From NCBI GenBank assembly GCA_028534125.1, contig CM052817.1, positions 47,060,001 to 47,124,000 of the forward strand: 64,000 bases of DNA, read 5' to 3'. Each line of letters begins with the position of its first letter. Position 1 is the first letter of the stretch. Both the position numbers and the translations under genes were made by a program. Shown one piece after another: positions 13,584-26,619 of this stretch. Source of the DNA: Lama glama (Eukaryota). The notes beneath the pieces are model-generated. The model worked only from the letters and a program-made list of their open reading frames with translations, ran no database searches and was not told the DNA's origin.

Positions 13584-13849
13584 TATATATGAGTAAATAT
13601 TCTATATATTTGTCATTATAAATTATGTGTTTAAAAACACTTGTATGGCTTTAAAATACTCAGATATTAAAGCATTACTCTACGAGAATAATTGCCACCT
13701 TTTATTTCCTTTCCAATCAGGATTCGTATATTGCTGTAATAATGGACATTTATGTGTTGCAATGAACTCTAAGGTCTTAGGGAAACACAAGAGAACTGAT
13801 GTGGCTGAAAGGGAGATAAAGAAACAGTGACTTTAGATTTCCTCCAGCA

Positions 13850-14122
13850 GCACTTGTCAGACCACCTGAATAAGCATTCCATGAAAACAAAACAAAACAC
13901 ATAGGATTTTAAACTCAAGTAACTTTCGGACATACAGTATATCATTCTTTTCCTGGTGGTTCATGGCCCGTTAAAGTTGCCTGCAGTAGAGAAATCTGTT
14001 CAACTTTGTTTAATCCAACATTTTCCAATCTTTGATGTGATTGTGAAAACCTTCTATTCAAGTTATACCTATTAATACCCCCTGGAAATACTGTCCTGTG
14101 ACACACACTCTGGGAAACCCTG
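13850..14122. mobile_element. Old non-autonomous hAT-Charlie-type element
   Basis: Terminus 'cacactctgggaaaccctg' and internal 'ctttgtttaatccaacattttcc' resemble Charlie MITEs; family not assigned. Confidence 0.4.
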
Positions 14123-14787
14123 TAATACAGGGACCAGAAACATGTAAAATCACTACTATTATTTAGTATTGACCTAGAATATCTAGTGTAGTTGGATAAT
14201 AATCAGAAATAAAACATACGATTTTTGGAAAGGGGAAGAAAAATTAGGACTTTTTACAGAATACAGAAAGTCTTATTTATCGTGATGTCAAGACATTTAT
14301 TTTGTCCCCCATTATATCTCTGGTGGCCAGAGTACCTGTGTAACACACAGATGCTCAATAAACACTTGGTGGCAGGAAGGCTTGATGAAGAGAGGGAATC
14401 TCATGAGAAACCATGCTCTGAGAAACAACCCTGGGAGAGCTGTTCAAGAGCTGTGGCTGCATGAGCTTTCTGGACATTTGAACATACTGCACATACTGTT
14501 TCTTCTCCAAATTTTCATTGTTTAGACTTTTGATATTTTTTAAAAGTCCAGTGATAGAAAATACATGGACTTGCTAGCTATCAGTCCTTCTCAATGTAGT
14601 ACTCCCAGCAACTACTACCAGCTGACTGGAGTAGATGAGGGAGCTGAAACCTGATTGTCGTCTATAATGTAGGACTTAGTATTCTTTTTTCCTGGTCAAA
14701 TAAACATAATTACTTTATAATCACCAGACTCATCTCCCTAGCATTATATGAAGACAGATGGTTTACTTTTTTCTCCTCAAATACTGC

Positions 14788-15254
14788 TGTGGTGGTTTAA
14801 AAATGATCACAAATTATTTGATATTTTTCTTTTTGATGGAGGTAAACTAATTGCCCTCCCATTGAGTATGGGCTGGAGTGGACTTAGTGAATCTCTTCTA
14901 ACAAAAAGAATATAATGGAAATAACAGTGTGAGACTTTGAAGACTGAGTACAAAAGCACTGTGAATTCCTGCTTAGTCTGTCTCCCTCCCTCCCTCTCTG
15001 TTTCTGTCTCTCAGATGATTCAGACATGTGCATGAACCATCCAACAGTGGCTCCTCCAGCCCCAGTCAGGCCTTCAGGTGAGGCTGCAGCGTCTGCCAAC
15101 ATCATAACTGCAGATCTATGAGAGACTCCTCTCTAGAGCCACCCAGGTAAGCCCTTATGAATTCCTGACCCTGAGCAGAAACTGAATAAAACTTACTGTT
15201 TAAACCGCTTAAGTTTCAGAGTAATATTTAATGCATAAATGGATACCTAATACA
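14788..15254 (+). mobile_element. MaLR solo LTR, MLT1G/H-like
   Basis: TG...CA ends: 'tgtggtggtttaaaaatg...ccagccccagtcaggccttcaggtga...aattcctgaccc...cctaataca'. Confidence 0.85.
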
Positions 15255-15400
15255 ACTACATAAAATTAAAAACTTTTAAAGGAATAAAACTCACTTGCAG
15301 CCCCTTTAAAAATCCACCCTCTCCTGTTCCCAGTTTCACCACTTAGGTGTTGCCAAGTTGGCAACTTATCCATCCATACATGTCTTTTTTCCTTCTAAAG

Positions 15401-15737
15401 CAAAGATCAGAAAACCCGTTTTGCACAGGGCCAGACAGTAAATGGTTTAGGCCTTGTAGGCCATGTGGTCTCTGTCACAGCTACTCAGCTCTGCTCTTGC
15501 AGCATGAAAGCAGCTGTAGACAATATTTAAATGAATGAGTGTGGCTGTGTTCTAATAAAAGTTTATTTATGGACATTGAAATTTGAATTTCACATAATTT
15601 TCACATCACGAAATGTTGTTTTTCTCTTCATTTTTTTTCAAGCACTCAAAAATGTAAAAACCATTTTTAGCTTGTAGGTCACTTAAAACCAGGCAGTGGG
15701 CCAGACTTGGCCCACGGGCATAGTTTGCTGATTTCTG
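15401..15737 (+). mobile_element. MER58B (hAT-Charlie MITE), full length
   Basis: 'gggccagacagtaaat...ctactcagctctgc...gtggctgtgttctaataaaa...gggccagacttggccc'; 8-bp TSD ttctaaag/tactaaag. Confidence 0.92.
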
Positions 15738-15759
15738 TACTAAAGTAACAGAATTCTTT

Positions 15760-16148
15760 ATATTTAGCTGACACATGGATGCCCAAAATAAAGACAACAT
15801 TTTTTTCAGACAGTAACTGTGTAACCACAGTATAGTTACTGGGAAGTAGGTGGGCATGATATGTGCAAGTTCCGAGTCATGCTCCTAAAGGGAAGTGATG
15901 GACTCTCCCCGTTTGCTCCCTTTCTTTCACGTCTCACTGGCCTGAGTGAAGATCATCTTGGACCATGTGGATGGCAGAAATGTCCTTGGTGTGGTGAAAC
16001 AAATAGAAGGAGCCAGAATTCCTGCCTCTGGACTGTGTGCAGTCGTACTGTCATGAGAATGAGAAATAAGACGACAATCGTTTTGTAAAGGGAACTCTGC
16101 TGTTCGGTTCTTTACACACTTCGCCAAATCTATATTCTAACTAATTCA
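15760..16148 (+). mobile_element. ERVL LTR fragment, LTR33-like
   Basis: 'catcttggaccatgtggatg...agaaggagcc...gagaaataa...ctaactaattca'. Confidence 0.55.
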
Positions 16149-17989
16149 GCTGGCTAGACTTTGACTGACATCTCTAAGTGTAATGACAGATTAATGTGTT
16201 GTACTTTCAAGAAGCACTGCAGACAGTGATTAACAGCTATGTGTGAAGTTAAAAAATTCGTTCTTGGTTCCTTATCAAGGTGGGATAGTATGGACGTAGG
16301 ATAGTTTTAACTTTTTTTAAAACCAGAATTTCTAAATAGTTGCAGGTGTTTGCCTTTTCTTCTGATAGTTGAGTTCCTGCATTTGAAAGTGAACAAATGT
16401 ATCTTTGTATTCCTTTTCTCCTACTTCTATCACACTTACGGCCAAGGGAGGAACATTATTAATTGGAAGAAACATAAACGATTTACTCCTCATAATCCCT
16501 GAGGAATTAATTCACATTGTCCTTTGTGGAGCTTGTTTATATAAATGAATGGACTTAAAATTCACCACCCTACCCCCTGCAAGTATCCCATGGTCCTATG
16601 AATTTTCTCATTCATATGATAACTGAAAGAAATTATAGTTACAAGGGACTTCCTTATCTTGTGAGCGTCTTTTATTTTCCACAGCAGAACTTGGGGGGCC
16701 CCAGGCTGTGAACAACAATGAAAAAAGATCCCACAGTCTCAAAGTCTGGACACCACTATGAAAATCATCAGCCACCACTTGGCAGCACCAGAGGATCAGG
16801 CATTGTCCAAACAATTGTTTTGAGTTCTTGTGCTGACGCACAGTATTTCCCATTCATCTCTCTCCCCCTCTTTTTTCCCCCTTTTTCTCCCCGCCAAAAA
16901 CCCAACTAACTTTAAGTAGGCACAGTCTTCCAAGTCCTGGCTGCTAGTGTCCCCGAGAGATTTCAGGGAGAAGCAGTCTTGGCTGAGAGTTAGAGCCAGA
17001 GGCCGGCCAGTGAAGGGAACAATGTCTGGGTTTTGAGAACAGCTGGAGCTTCAGAGGGAGAAAAGCAGCTTGGCGGATGAGGAAAGAATGTGCTTGTCAC
17101 TTCAAGAGGCAAGAAACTTCGATTTCCCTCCTGCCTCTGCCAACAAGTGTTTATTGGACAGGACAGAGTGGTGGTGATGGCAGGTGACTTTTGGTTTGGA
17201 TTTTATGGAATTTTTCATGTTTATTTTACCTTTTCAAAGAGCAGATAAATGTACAAATCCCACAGTTAACTATTCTGAATTCTGATTGTGTTTCTATTGG
17301 ATAAGTAAGTGTTGTTCCTCAGAGTTATTTTTAAGAATGCCGCCCCTGGCCCATTTTGAAACTCTACTTGCTTTCCTTGTATGTAAGCTAATATTTGTTA
17401 CAAAGATTTTTGGAGAAAAGTAGCAGAGGGTATTTAAATGGAAAGTGAAGGCCTGAGGGAGAAAAGATCCTGTTCTGAGAACATGAGACGGATTTACAGT
17501 TGGGGGAATCGGATGGGCCCATTTAGGCAAAATAGGAAAGTTTTAGCAGAAACCAAAGGTGAGCTTATGAAAATTTTGACGAAGTTGGGGGGAAAGTTTT
17601 TAAGATGTCTTATTCTTTGGTCATGTTTTGATTTCTTTCTGATTTCCTTGGGTTCTTATGGAAATGGATATAACAACAGAGACTGTTTTCCCATTCTGAA
17701 TTCCGTTTGTTAGACTTGGAAATTATGACCTGATTTTACGTATCACTTTTAAAATGAACAAAAAGACAGTCCAATATTAATATTCAAAAAATAATGTTAC
17801 CTTTTAAAAATCCCTTTCCTCCCTTTCTGAACTCCCAACATTTTTGCCTACTTTCAGAATTCTTTAATTGTACCTGTTGTTTTGGTTTTTGTTTTAATTT
17901 GACAGCAAGCATGTTAGTTGGATTTGGGGACATGAATGCATCTAAAAGTTAAAATCGGAAATCAGTAGAAGGATTGGGGAGAGAAAGAA

Positions 17990-18200
17990 TATTTCTTGGG
18001 TTCTGCCTATGTGACAGACCCCTTACTATGTCCTTTCCCTGTTTGAATCTGTGAAGTAAGAATTATTATGCCCATTTTAAAGAAAGGAGACTGAGGCTCA
18101 GTAAGGGTCTTCATAGCTTGCCTAATATTACCTGATATTCTTTAAAATGGTAAAGTCAAGTTGTCTGGATTTAAACACAGTTTTGATTCCAAAGTCCACT
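17990..18200 (-). mobile_element. MIR SINE
   Basis: Core 'attatgcccattttaaagaaaggagactgaggctcag...cttgcctaa'. Confidence 0.8.
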
Positions 18201-20042
18201 ACCCTCATTTTGTCCACCACCTAATAAAATCTGGGTTGATAATGTTTAAACTGATTAATCATTAAAAATGGATTGAGGTAACCTGTATATATTATTTAGG
18301 GCTCCTCTTTGACTAGTATGTTGTGATTCTAGGTAATGAGACTTTGTTACAAGGATTCAAGAGACCACAGAGTCTTCAAACTATATAATTATTTTGCATC
18401 TCCAAATTTCCAAGACTGGAATTAATACTTCCAGAGGGAAAAAATAATCTTCTGAGGTGCATTGTTACTACGTACAGTGAAGTTCCTGGCCTGGCAAGGT
18501 TCATCAGACCACTTCAGACCTGATAGCTTCCTCCATATCCAGACTGCGTGGTGACCTGCCTTTAACTTGGGCCCTCTTCTCTGAGGTCAGAGCAGCAGCA
18601 GCTTCACAAGGCATATTTGGTGTGAATCATTGCAACTTTTTTTTTCCAGAAAATGTCTCGTAGGGCTCCTGTTCTTACAAGGGGATTGTAAGCAAAGCAG
18701 GAACTTGGATTTCATACTCTTTCCCAGCACAAGTATGAAGAAAAATCTGATATAAAGAAGTCAATGTAAGAAAGTCAGTGAACCTTAGGGAATATCCTGG
18801 GAACAACAGTCTTTATTCACCAGCATCAGGAGCATCTTGAATGTGTTGACACATGTTTTTTGTGTGTCTACTTTGTACTGACCATGGTGAGAATATTAAA
18901 AATATTTTTAGAATCTAAAAACACTCAGCTCTGAGAGATCACTAATTTGCTTTGCTGTGTTTACAAATACAGTAAATTCAACTCAAACATGGCTTAAGGA
19001 ATGTCTCAACCACTATGGAAATGTAGAAGTATTTCTTACAATCTAAAATATTTATAATTAATCAGAACTGCTATTCCCCAAGCATTCTGAGTAATCAGTC
19101 TCTGTCCTTTGTGAGTTTCAGATGGAGAATCATTTGCACAATGACATATCGGGGTTGTTCAATAAACTTCCTTCTAAATCTTTAGTACGATGTGAGGTGT
19201 AAGTGAGAAATGTGCATTAAATAGTCACAGCAATGATTGTTATGAATTCCAAGTGGGGACTGCATGTTCTAATTCCCAAGAATTGAGAGGTCATATTTTT
19301 ATATTTATTGTTTTGTATAATAAAGCCTAAAGCCAGCTGCACATGTTTGGCAATTTAGAAATTTCAATAATAATTGGTAATAATACTGACCTGTTTCTCC
19401 TAAGGATTAAATAAGTGGAAATTTTACTTTACAACTGCTTTTTAATATAGCATATCCTCATGTAGAACCAATACTATAAGTATAAAAGAACCTCACTATT
19501 AAGTCAGTTGGATGAAACACGTAAAAAGTTTTGTCTCTTGGGCAGCACTCTCCGTATAGGGCAAAGTGGATCAGAATAGTTGTCCAGGTGGTGCTACGTC
19601 ATAAGCCTTGCACTGCTGTTGTCTTTATTATAAAATTGACTATATCTTAATAGACATACTTTTTGTGTCTAAAATTGAAGAACTTCTAGGTATCGCACTC
19701 TGATATTTTAGTGGTTCACTAAATAAATTATTAAATAGGAGAATGTTTATTAAGGGGTAATTTTAAAATGATTTCCTCGTTTGAGCATATCATTCTCAAT
19801 AGCTTAAAGATTCATGTATTTAAAATTAAAGAACAACTGGATAGAAACATTGTTTGGACATATTGATTGGTCAATATGCCAAGTCTGGACTTTTCTAGGA
19901 GGGACTCTGGGCTACCACTGAGCATGATCTGGCCTCACCTTTTGGCTGAGTTTTGTTGGTGTTTAGTTGCCTGGCATCAGGGAGACTAAACAGCTTAGCA
20001 CAGCTGCCTCTATGCACAGCAGTTTAGCTTTATGTAATGCTT

Positions 20043-20290
20043 CAGCAATTTGGCAGAGAGGTCAATCACACAGGTTGCTGGAGACAGACTCCTTGATGAA
20101 AACCTGGCTTTGCTTTTTACTGGATTTTGACATTAGTCAAGTTTTCTGACCTCCACGAGTCTCAGTGTCATCATCTGAAAAAAAGAGGAAAATAACAGTA
20201 CCTCATATGAAGCATGAATGAAATGATGGTTGTCCAGCACTTGTCCCAGTTCCTGGCAATTCTAGACTCAGTAAACGTCAGGTGTCATGG
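20043..20290 (+). mobile_element. MIR SINE
   Basis: 'ctggagacagac...tctcagtgtcatcatctgaaaa...aataacagtacctcata...cctggca'. Confidence 0.8.
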
Positions 20291-20641
20291 TTGCTGTTGA
20301 TGATACTGTTACTGTTGTAGTTCTTCATCTGTTTATTACTATCATGAGTATTTTTATCATATAAACCAGAAAGTTAATATATAAATCTATAATGAAACAT
20401 GGTTTAGTGCCTAGAATGCTTGTGTAACTTCTCAATAGTACTTCATTTCTTGGCTTAAAGACAATTTGTATATAAAAAGTTGCCTGGTTAATAAAGGCAA
20501 AAGATCAGTTTATAGACAAATTAAAGCATCAATTTTTTTTTTTTTACTTTTAGCTGGAATGAACTCATCTTACTATAGTAGTCTCTGATTACCTCTGCTG
20601 ATAGAATGCTGATTGGTTAGTATATTTATCTTTGATTAATT

Positions 20642-21065
20642 CTTTCTGTTGAGGTGAAATTCACATAACATAAAATAAACCATTTTAAAAGGTACAATTC
20701 ATTGGCATTTGCTACATTCACAGAGTTGTGCAAACATTCCATCTATATAGTTACAAAACACTTTCATCACCCTAAACAAAACCTCATACCCATAAGTCAG
20801 TCAGTCACTCCTCATTTTCCGCTCCCCCAGCCCCTGGCAACCACCAATTTGCTTTCTGTCTTTATGGATTTACGTATTTTGGGTACTTCACATAAATTGA
20901 GTCATACAATATGTGACCTTTTATGTCTGGCTTTTTTCACTTAGCCTAATATTTTTGAGGTTCATCCACAATGTAGCATTTATCAGTACTTCATTCCTTT
21001 TTATGGCTGAGCACTTTTCCATATATGTATATGCCATATTTTGTTTATCCATTCATCTGCTGATG
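20642..21065 (-). mobile_element. 5'-truncated L1MB-type 3' end
   Basis: 'gttgaggtgaaattcacataacataaaataaaccattttaa...cagcccctggcaaccac'; perfect 14-bp TSD atctttgattaatt at 20628-20641 and 21066-21079. Confidence 0.92.
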
Positions 21066-21179
21066 ATCTTTGATTAATTTGTTTAATTGGAAAATTACTT
21101 AAATACAGCCCAATAGAAAAATACTTTCAACATGGAATTCAAAAGGGAAAATGTTAGGGTACCGAGACATAAACTCTGC

Positions 21180-21275
21180 ATTTATCTAGCAACCACTGGA
21201 TCTCCAATGACTAGTACAGAACATGGTACATAGTAGGCACTCAACGGATATTTACTGCATGAGTGAATGAATAAA
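21180..21275 (+). mobile_element. L2 3' end
   Basis: 'tggtacatagtaggcactcaacggatatttactgcatgagtgaatgaat'. Confidence 0.75.
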
Positions 21276-22097
21276 CCACTGTGATATGATGTTAAGAAAA
21301 ACTGACTTATATAGAGAATAAGTGTTTTCCATTGTGCAAATCCATCTGAAAGGCAGAGGGCCTGGGAACTCACTGATGGAGTCCACCCAGGTTAATCATA
21401 AGGGCACAGAGCAGAATGAAGAAGGGTGGGTCTGGAGGGGTGAACTGAGAAAGCCAACTCATGTACTAAGAGTAACTCAGGTCACAAGTGGGAAAATGCA
21501 TGCATCTCTTATCTTATTCAGGGCCATATAAGAATGAGTGTTAAATATCATAGATATATACCCCATAGTTATGCTGTCCCTCCTTAAACCTTTGATAGTC
21601 TGGTTTATATTATTCTTTATAATATAAAGGGTTACATAATAGCATATAAAAACTAATGATTTTGATGAATATAAAGTTACATTTGTGGAAACTGGGGACA
21701 TTTAAGACCCACAGAGTGACAGTAATGCTGATCTTTAAGAAAAAATGAAACTTGTCACACTATGTACATCATATGTCCGAGATCTGGTTGCAAAGAAGCA
21801 AAATGAAATTAGTAGAAATTTTGCTAGTTTAAGGTCTGGGAAAAGATCTTGTGCTGAATGAACTTACTACACATTTGCAAACATAAATCAGCCTTAACAT
21901 ATAATTTTCCTTGAATGGTTAAAGAAAAGAATTTTCTTGTTAGCCTGTTTTATGAGCAAAATCAGAATACTTTCACAACCCAAAGCACCATTTCGTTATT
22001 CTGAAGACTGTAATGAATTTTCTCTGCTTCAGAATTGCTTTATGTCTCACATGCTGTAATTTTTTAAGCTGGGAGTAGTTTCATGATGCTTTTATTT

Positions 22098-22219
22098 TAT
22101 CTTATTGGGGGGGAGTAATTAGGATTGATTGATTGATTGATAATGGAGGTACTGGGGATTGAACCCAGGACCTTGTGCATGCCAGGCATTCTCTCTACCA
22201 CTGAGCTATACCCACCCCC
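22098..22219 (-). mobile_element. tRNA-derived SINE, vic-1-like (camelid)
   Basis: Reverse complement reads ggggtgggtatagctcagtggtagag...ggttcaatccccagtacc...cctaattactccccc; perfect 17-bp TSD tcatgatgcttttattt at 22081-22097 and 22220-22236. Confidence 0.93.
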
Positions 22220-22529
22220 TCATGATGCTTTTATTTGGCTAGCTTAATTCAAGATTTAAACATAAATGCTTATATATAATTTTTCATAGGTTTGTGATTT
22301 GTAGACTGCTAGGAATTAGATGCAGTCTCTATGTAGAACACTGGCATTTTATTGAAGGATATAGAAAATTAAGAGGTTGAGACTGAGAAACGTACGTGAG
22401 TAAAAGACAAGAAAATAATATATGGGAAATGGCTAAAGATATGGATATAACTTAAAGAAGGGGTGTTTGAAGAAGAATTATTATGAAAAAATGCTAATGA
22501 ACTAGATCTTTCTCTTTATTAAGGACACA

Positions 22530-22790
22530 GGATAGTGAACTCAGTGAATGTGAGTTAAGGATATGAATACAGGAGTCAAAAAGACTTGGGTTAGAGTCCC
22601 CTCTCCAAACACTTGCTAGTACACTGTCGCTTTGAGAAGATTCCTCAACTTCTCTGACCTTTAGTTTTCCCATATGAAAAATACAGATACAATAATTACC
22701 TTATCAGTTTGTTGGGAGGATTAAATGAGCTTAGATTTTGCGCCCTGGTGCACAGTAAGTATCCAATAAATGTAAGCTACTTTTATTGTT
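22530..22790 (+). mobile_element. MIR SINE, near full length
   Basis: 'ggagtcaaaaagacttgggttagagtccc...cttctctgacctttagttttccc...ttgggaggattaaatgag...cacagtaagtatccaataaatgt'. Confidence 0.85.
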
Positions 22791-23129
22791 CAGAGTCAAG
22801 GACATTTAAATATTGGAGTGAATCATCAAAGGAGTAAAACCTCTCATCAGGAGCAATTGAGAATATGACAGGGTCATCTCTGTCTGCAAGCAACATTCTT
22901 CTCCAGATGATCCATTTATGTAGTTTTCTGGTCCACAATCCTAGAAGTAAACTATAAATAAGGAGCAGCTGTTGCAAAAAATCCTTTTTATACTCTTTCA
23001 GTGTTGGCTTGCTATCTCTGGGAAGGGAATTTTTGCTATTAAAATTTCATGTTTGTCACTCTCAAAATGGATTGGAATCAGAGCTTGGCTGCTGATGGGA
23101 CTCAACTGAAGCTTCCAGTTGGAAGTCAG

Positions 23130-23571
23130 TGCCTGAGGCATGTGCTGCTGTTGGTGCCCTGCTCTCATCCCTCAGGCAAGCCTCACCACCTCTGTGAGAC
23201 CAGCCAGATCTGCCTGATATTTTCCTCTAAGCCAAGAGTGTCCACTTTGCCTGGGCATGTGACACGTAGAAGGGCCAGGGAATTGGCACTCCAGGAGTAG
23301 CCCTCACCAGTGACTGTTGGAGTCGGTGGATGAGTTCTTGAACTTCTTTTCTTCTTGGGTAAGAAAATTCTCATTTACACTGTTTTCCCATGGGACCCCA
23401 TCCCAGTCACCCATGTGGGACTGACTTGATAATTCACCTTTATTGGCTGCTTCCTCTTCTTGGCTCCCTTCCTTTACTCTCCCTCAGTGTTTGGGATCAC
23501 CTCTCAAGTAAATTGCTTGCATTAAAAATCCTTGTTTCAGAGTCTACTTTGGGGGGAGCCAAGTTGGGGCA
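23130..23571 (+). mobile_element. ERVL solo LTR, LTR16-like
   Basis: 'ggagtagccctcaccagtgac...ctttattggctgcttcc...tgggatcacctctcaagtaaa...aatccttgtttcagagtctactttggggg'. Confidence 0.8.
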
Positions 23572-23604
23572 GGGTGTCAGTGGCTTTATTTCATAATTTA
23601 TGTA

Positions 23605-23720
23605 TTTATTTTTCCAGCTTAAGATATAATTGACATAAAATTGTGTAAGATTAAGGTATATAATGTATTGATTTGAAACACATGTATATTGCATCTTTCA
23701 TGTTTTCACCACAATACAGA
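23605..23720 (-). mobile_element. Short L1 3' end (L1MA-type)
   Basis: 'ccagcttaagatataattgacataaaattgtgtaagattaaggtata'. Confidence 0.65.
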
Positions 23721-23796
23721 TTATAAGAGATTTGTTGGGAATGGGAAAGGATGGGATTTATGGGGTGATTGGAAAGATAAGTGTCCATTCATTTTC

Positions 23797-24201
23797 TTTT
23801 TTCTTTTTTATTAAATTGAAGTACAGTCAATTACAATGTATCAATTTCTGATGTACAGCACAAAGTCCCAGTCTTGCATATACATACATATATTCATTTT
23901 CATAATTTTTTCTTCTTCCATTAAAGGTTACTACAAGATATTGAGCACAGTTCCCTGTGCTATACAAAAGAAAAAATTTTTAAATCTATTTTTATATATG
24001 GTGGCTAATATTCATAAATAGCAAACTCCCAAATATATCCCTTCCCACCTGCTTTCCTCGGTAACCATAAGATTGTTTGCTAAGTCTGAAAAATCTGTTT
24101 CTGTTTTGTAGGTGAGTTCATAGTGTCCTTTTGTGTTTTGGGGTTTTTTTTAGATTCCACATATGAGTGATATCATATGGTATTTTTCTTTCTCTTTCTG
24201 G
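23797..24201 (-). mobile_element. 5'-truncated young L1 3' UTR
   Basis: Poly-T then 'ttgaagtacagtcaattacaatg...ttccctgtgctataca'; TSD ccattcattttc (23785-23796) / cccttcattttc (24202-24213). Confidence 0.9.
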
Positions 24202-24235
24202 CCCTTCATTTTCAGTATAAGCATCTAATTTAATA

Positions 24236-26617
24236 CAGGCACACCTTGTTGGCATTGCAGGTTTGGTTTCAGACAACCACAATAAAGCAAACATAGCAGT
24301 AAAGCAAGTCAGATGAATTTTTTGGTTTTCCAGTGCATATAAAAGTTATGTTATACTATACTGTAGTCTATTAAGTGTGCAATAGTATTATGTCTAAAAA
24401 TAATATACATACCTTACTTAAAAAATTCTTTATTGCTAAAGAATTCTAACCATCGTCTGACCTTCAGCAAGTCCTAATATTTTTCCTGGTGACGGTCTTG
24501 CCTCAATGTTGATGGCTGCTAACTAATCAGGGTGGTGGTTGCTGAAGATTGGGGTGGCTGTAGCAATTTCATAAAATAAGACAACAATGAAGTTTGCTGC
24601 ATCAGTTGACTTCCTTTCATGAATAATCTCTCTGTAGCATTCAATGCTGTTTGACAGCATTTTACCCAGATTAGAACTTCTTTCAAAATTGGAGTCAGTC
24701 CTTTCAAATCCTGCCACTGCTTTATCAACTAAGTTTATGAAATATTCTAAATTTTTTCTTATCATGTCAATAATCTTCACAGCATCATTACCCGAAGTAG
24801 ATTCCACCTCAAGAAATCACTTTCTTTGCCCATCTGTAAGAAGCAACTCAGTATCCATTAAAATTTTATCATGAGACTGTAGCAATTCAGGCACGTCTTC
24901 AGGCTCAACTTCTAATTCTGGTTCTCTTGCTATTACCACCACATTTGCAGTTACTTCCTCCACTGAAGTCTTGAACCCTCAGAGTCATCAATGAGGGCTG
25001 GAATCAACTTCTTCCAAATTCTTGTTAACCTTGATATTTTAACTTCTTTTCAGGAATCACAAATGTTCTTAATGGCATCCAGAATGGTGAATCCTTTCTG
25101 GAAAGCTTTCAATTAACTTTGTCCAGATCCATCAGAGGAATCACTATGGCAGGTTAGCCTTATGAAATTTATTATTTAAATAATAAGATTTGACAGCCAA
25201 AATTACTCCTTGACCCACAGGATGAAGAATGGATGTTTTGTTAACAGGCTTGAAAACAACATCAATCTTGTTGTAACACTTTCATTAGAGCTCTTGCATG
25301 ATGAGATGCATTATCAATGAGCAGTAGTATTTTGAAAGGCATTTTTTTTCTAAGCAGTAGATCTCAACAGAGGGCTTAAAATATTCAATAAATCATGTTG
25401 TCAGCAGATGTGCTGTCATCCAGGCTTTGTTATTCCATTTATAGAGCACAGGCAGAGTAGCTTTAGCATAATTCTTAAGGGCACTAAAGTTTTTGGAATG
25501 GTAAATGAACATGGGCTTCTACTTAAAGTCACCAGCTGCATCAGCCGCTGACAAGAGAGTCAGCCTGTCCTTTGAAGCTTTGAAGCCAGGCATTGACATT
25601 GCTCTCTAGCTATGAAAGTCCTAGATGGTGTCTTCCTCCAATAGAATGCTGTTTTATCTACATTGAAAAATCTGTTGTTTAGTGCAGTCTCCTTCATTAA
25701 TGATCTTAGCTAGATCTTCTGGATAACTCACTGCAGCTTCTACATCAGCACTTGCTGCTTCACGTTGCACTTTTATGTTATGGGGATGGCTTCTTCCCTT
25801 AAACCTCATGAACCAACCTCTGCTAGCTTCAGACTTTCCTCTGCAGCTTCCTCACCTCTCTCAGCCTTCACAGAACTGAAGAGAGTTGCTCTAGATTAGG
25901 TTTTGGCTAAAGGGAATGTTGTGGCTGGTTTGATCTTTCAACCAGACCACTAAAACTTTCTCCATATCAGCCATAAAGCTGTTTTGCTTTCTTATCATTT
26001 GCATGTTCACTGGAGTAGTACTTTTAATTTCCTTCAAGAACTTTTCCTTTGCATTTACAACTTGGCTAAGTGTTTGGCACAGAAGGACTAACTTTGGCCT
26101 ATGTAGGCTTTCAACATGCCTTCCTCACTAAGCTTAGTCATTTCTAGCTTTAGATTTAAAGTGAGAGACACGTGACCCTTCCTTTCACTTGGACACTTAG
26201 AGGTCACTGTAGAGTTATTAGTTGGCCTAATTTCAATATTGTTGTATCTCAGGGGATAGAGAGGTCTGGGGAGAGGGAGGGAGATGCGGAAACAGTCAGT
26301 GGAAGAGTCAAAACACACAGTTATTGATTGGATGTGTCACCATCTCATGTAAGTGCAGTTCATGGCACACCAAAATAATTACAGTTGTAACACCAAAGAT
26401 CACTGATCACAGATCACCATAAAAAATGTAATGAAAAAGTTTGAAATACTGTGAGAATTACCAAAATGTGACACAGAGACTACAAAGTGAGCAAATGCTG
26501 TTAGAAAAATAGCAGTGATAGACTTGCTTGATGCATAGTTGCCACAAACCTTTAATTTGTTAAAACACAGCATCTGTGAAACAGTAAAGTGAAGCACAAT
26601 GAAATGAGGCATGCCTG
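24236..26617 (-). mobile_element. Tigger1 DNA transposon, near full length (2382 bp), transposase inactivated
   Basis: TA|caggcacacctt...gaggcatgcctg|TA ends. Minus-strand peptides '[29 protein letters not shown]' and '[21 protein letters not shown]...[11 protein letters not shown]' are the Tigger1 transposase N- and C-termini; the ATG is lost and the frame is broken. Confidence 0.96.
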
Positions 26618-26619
26618 TA

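Noticed and set aside
24519..26318. Functional Tigger transposase / TIGD1-like gene
   Set aside because: Start codon is mutated and only short, frameshifted pieces remain open.
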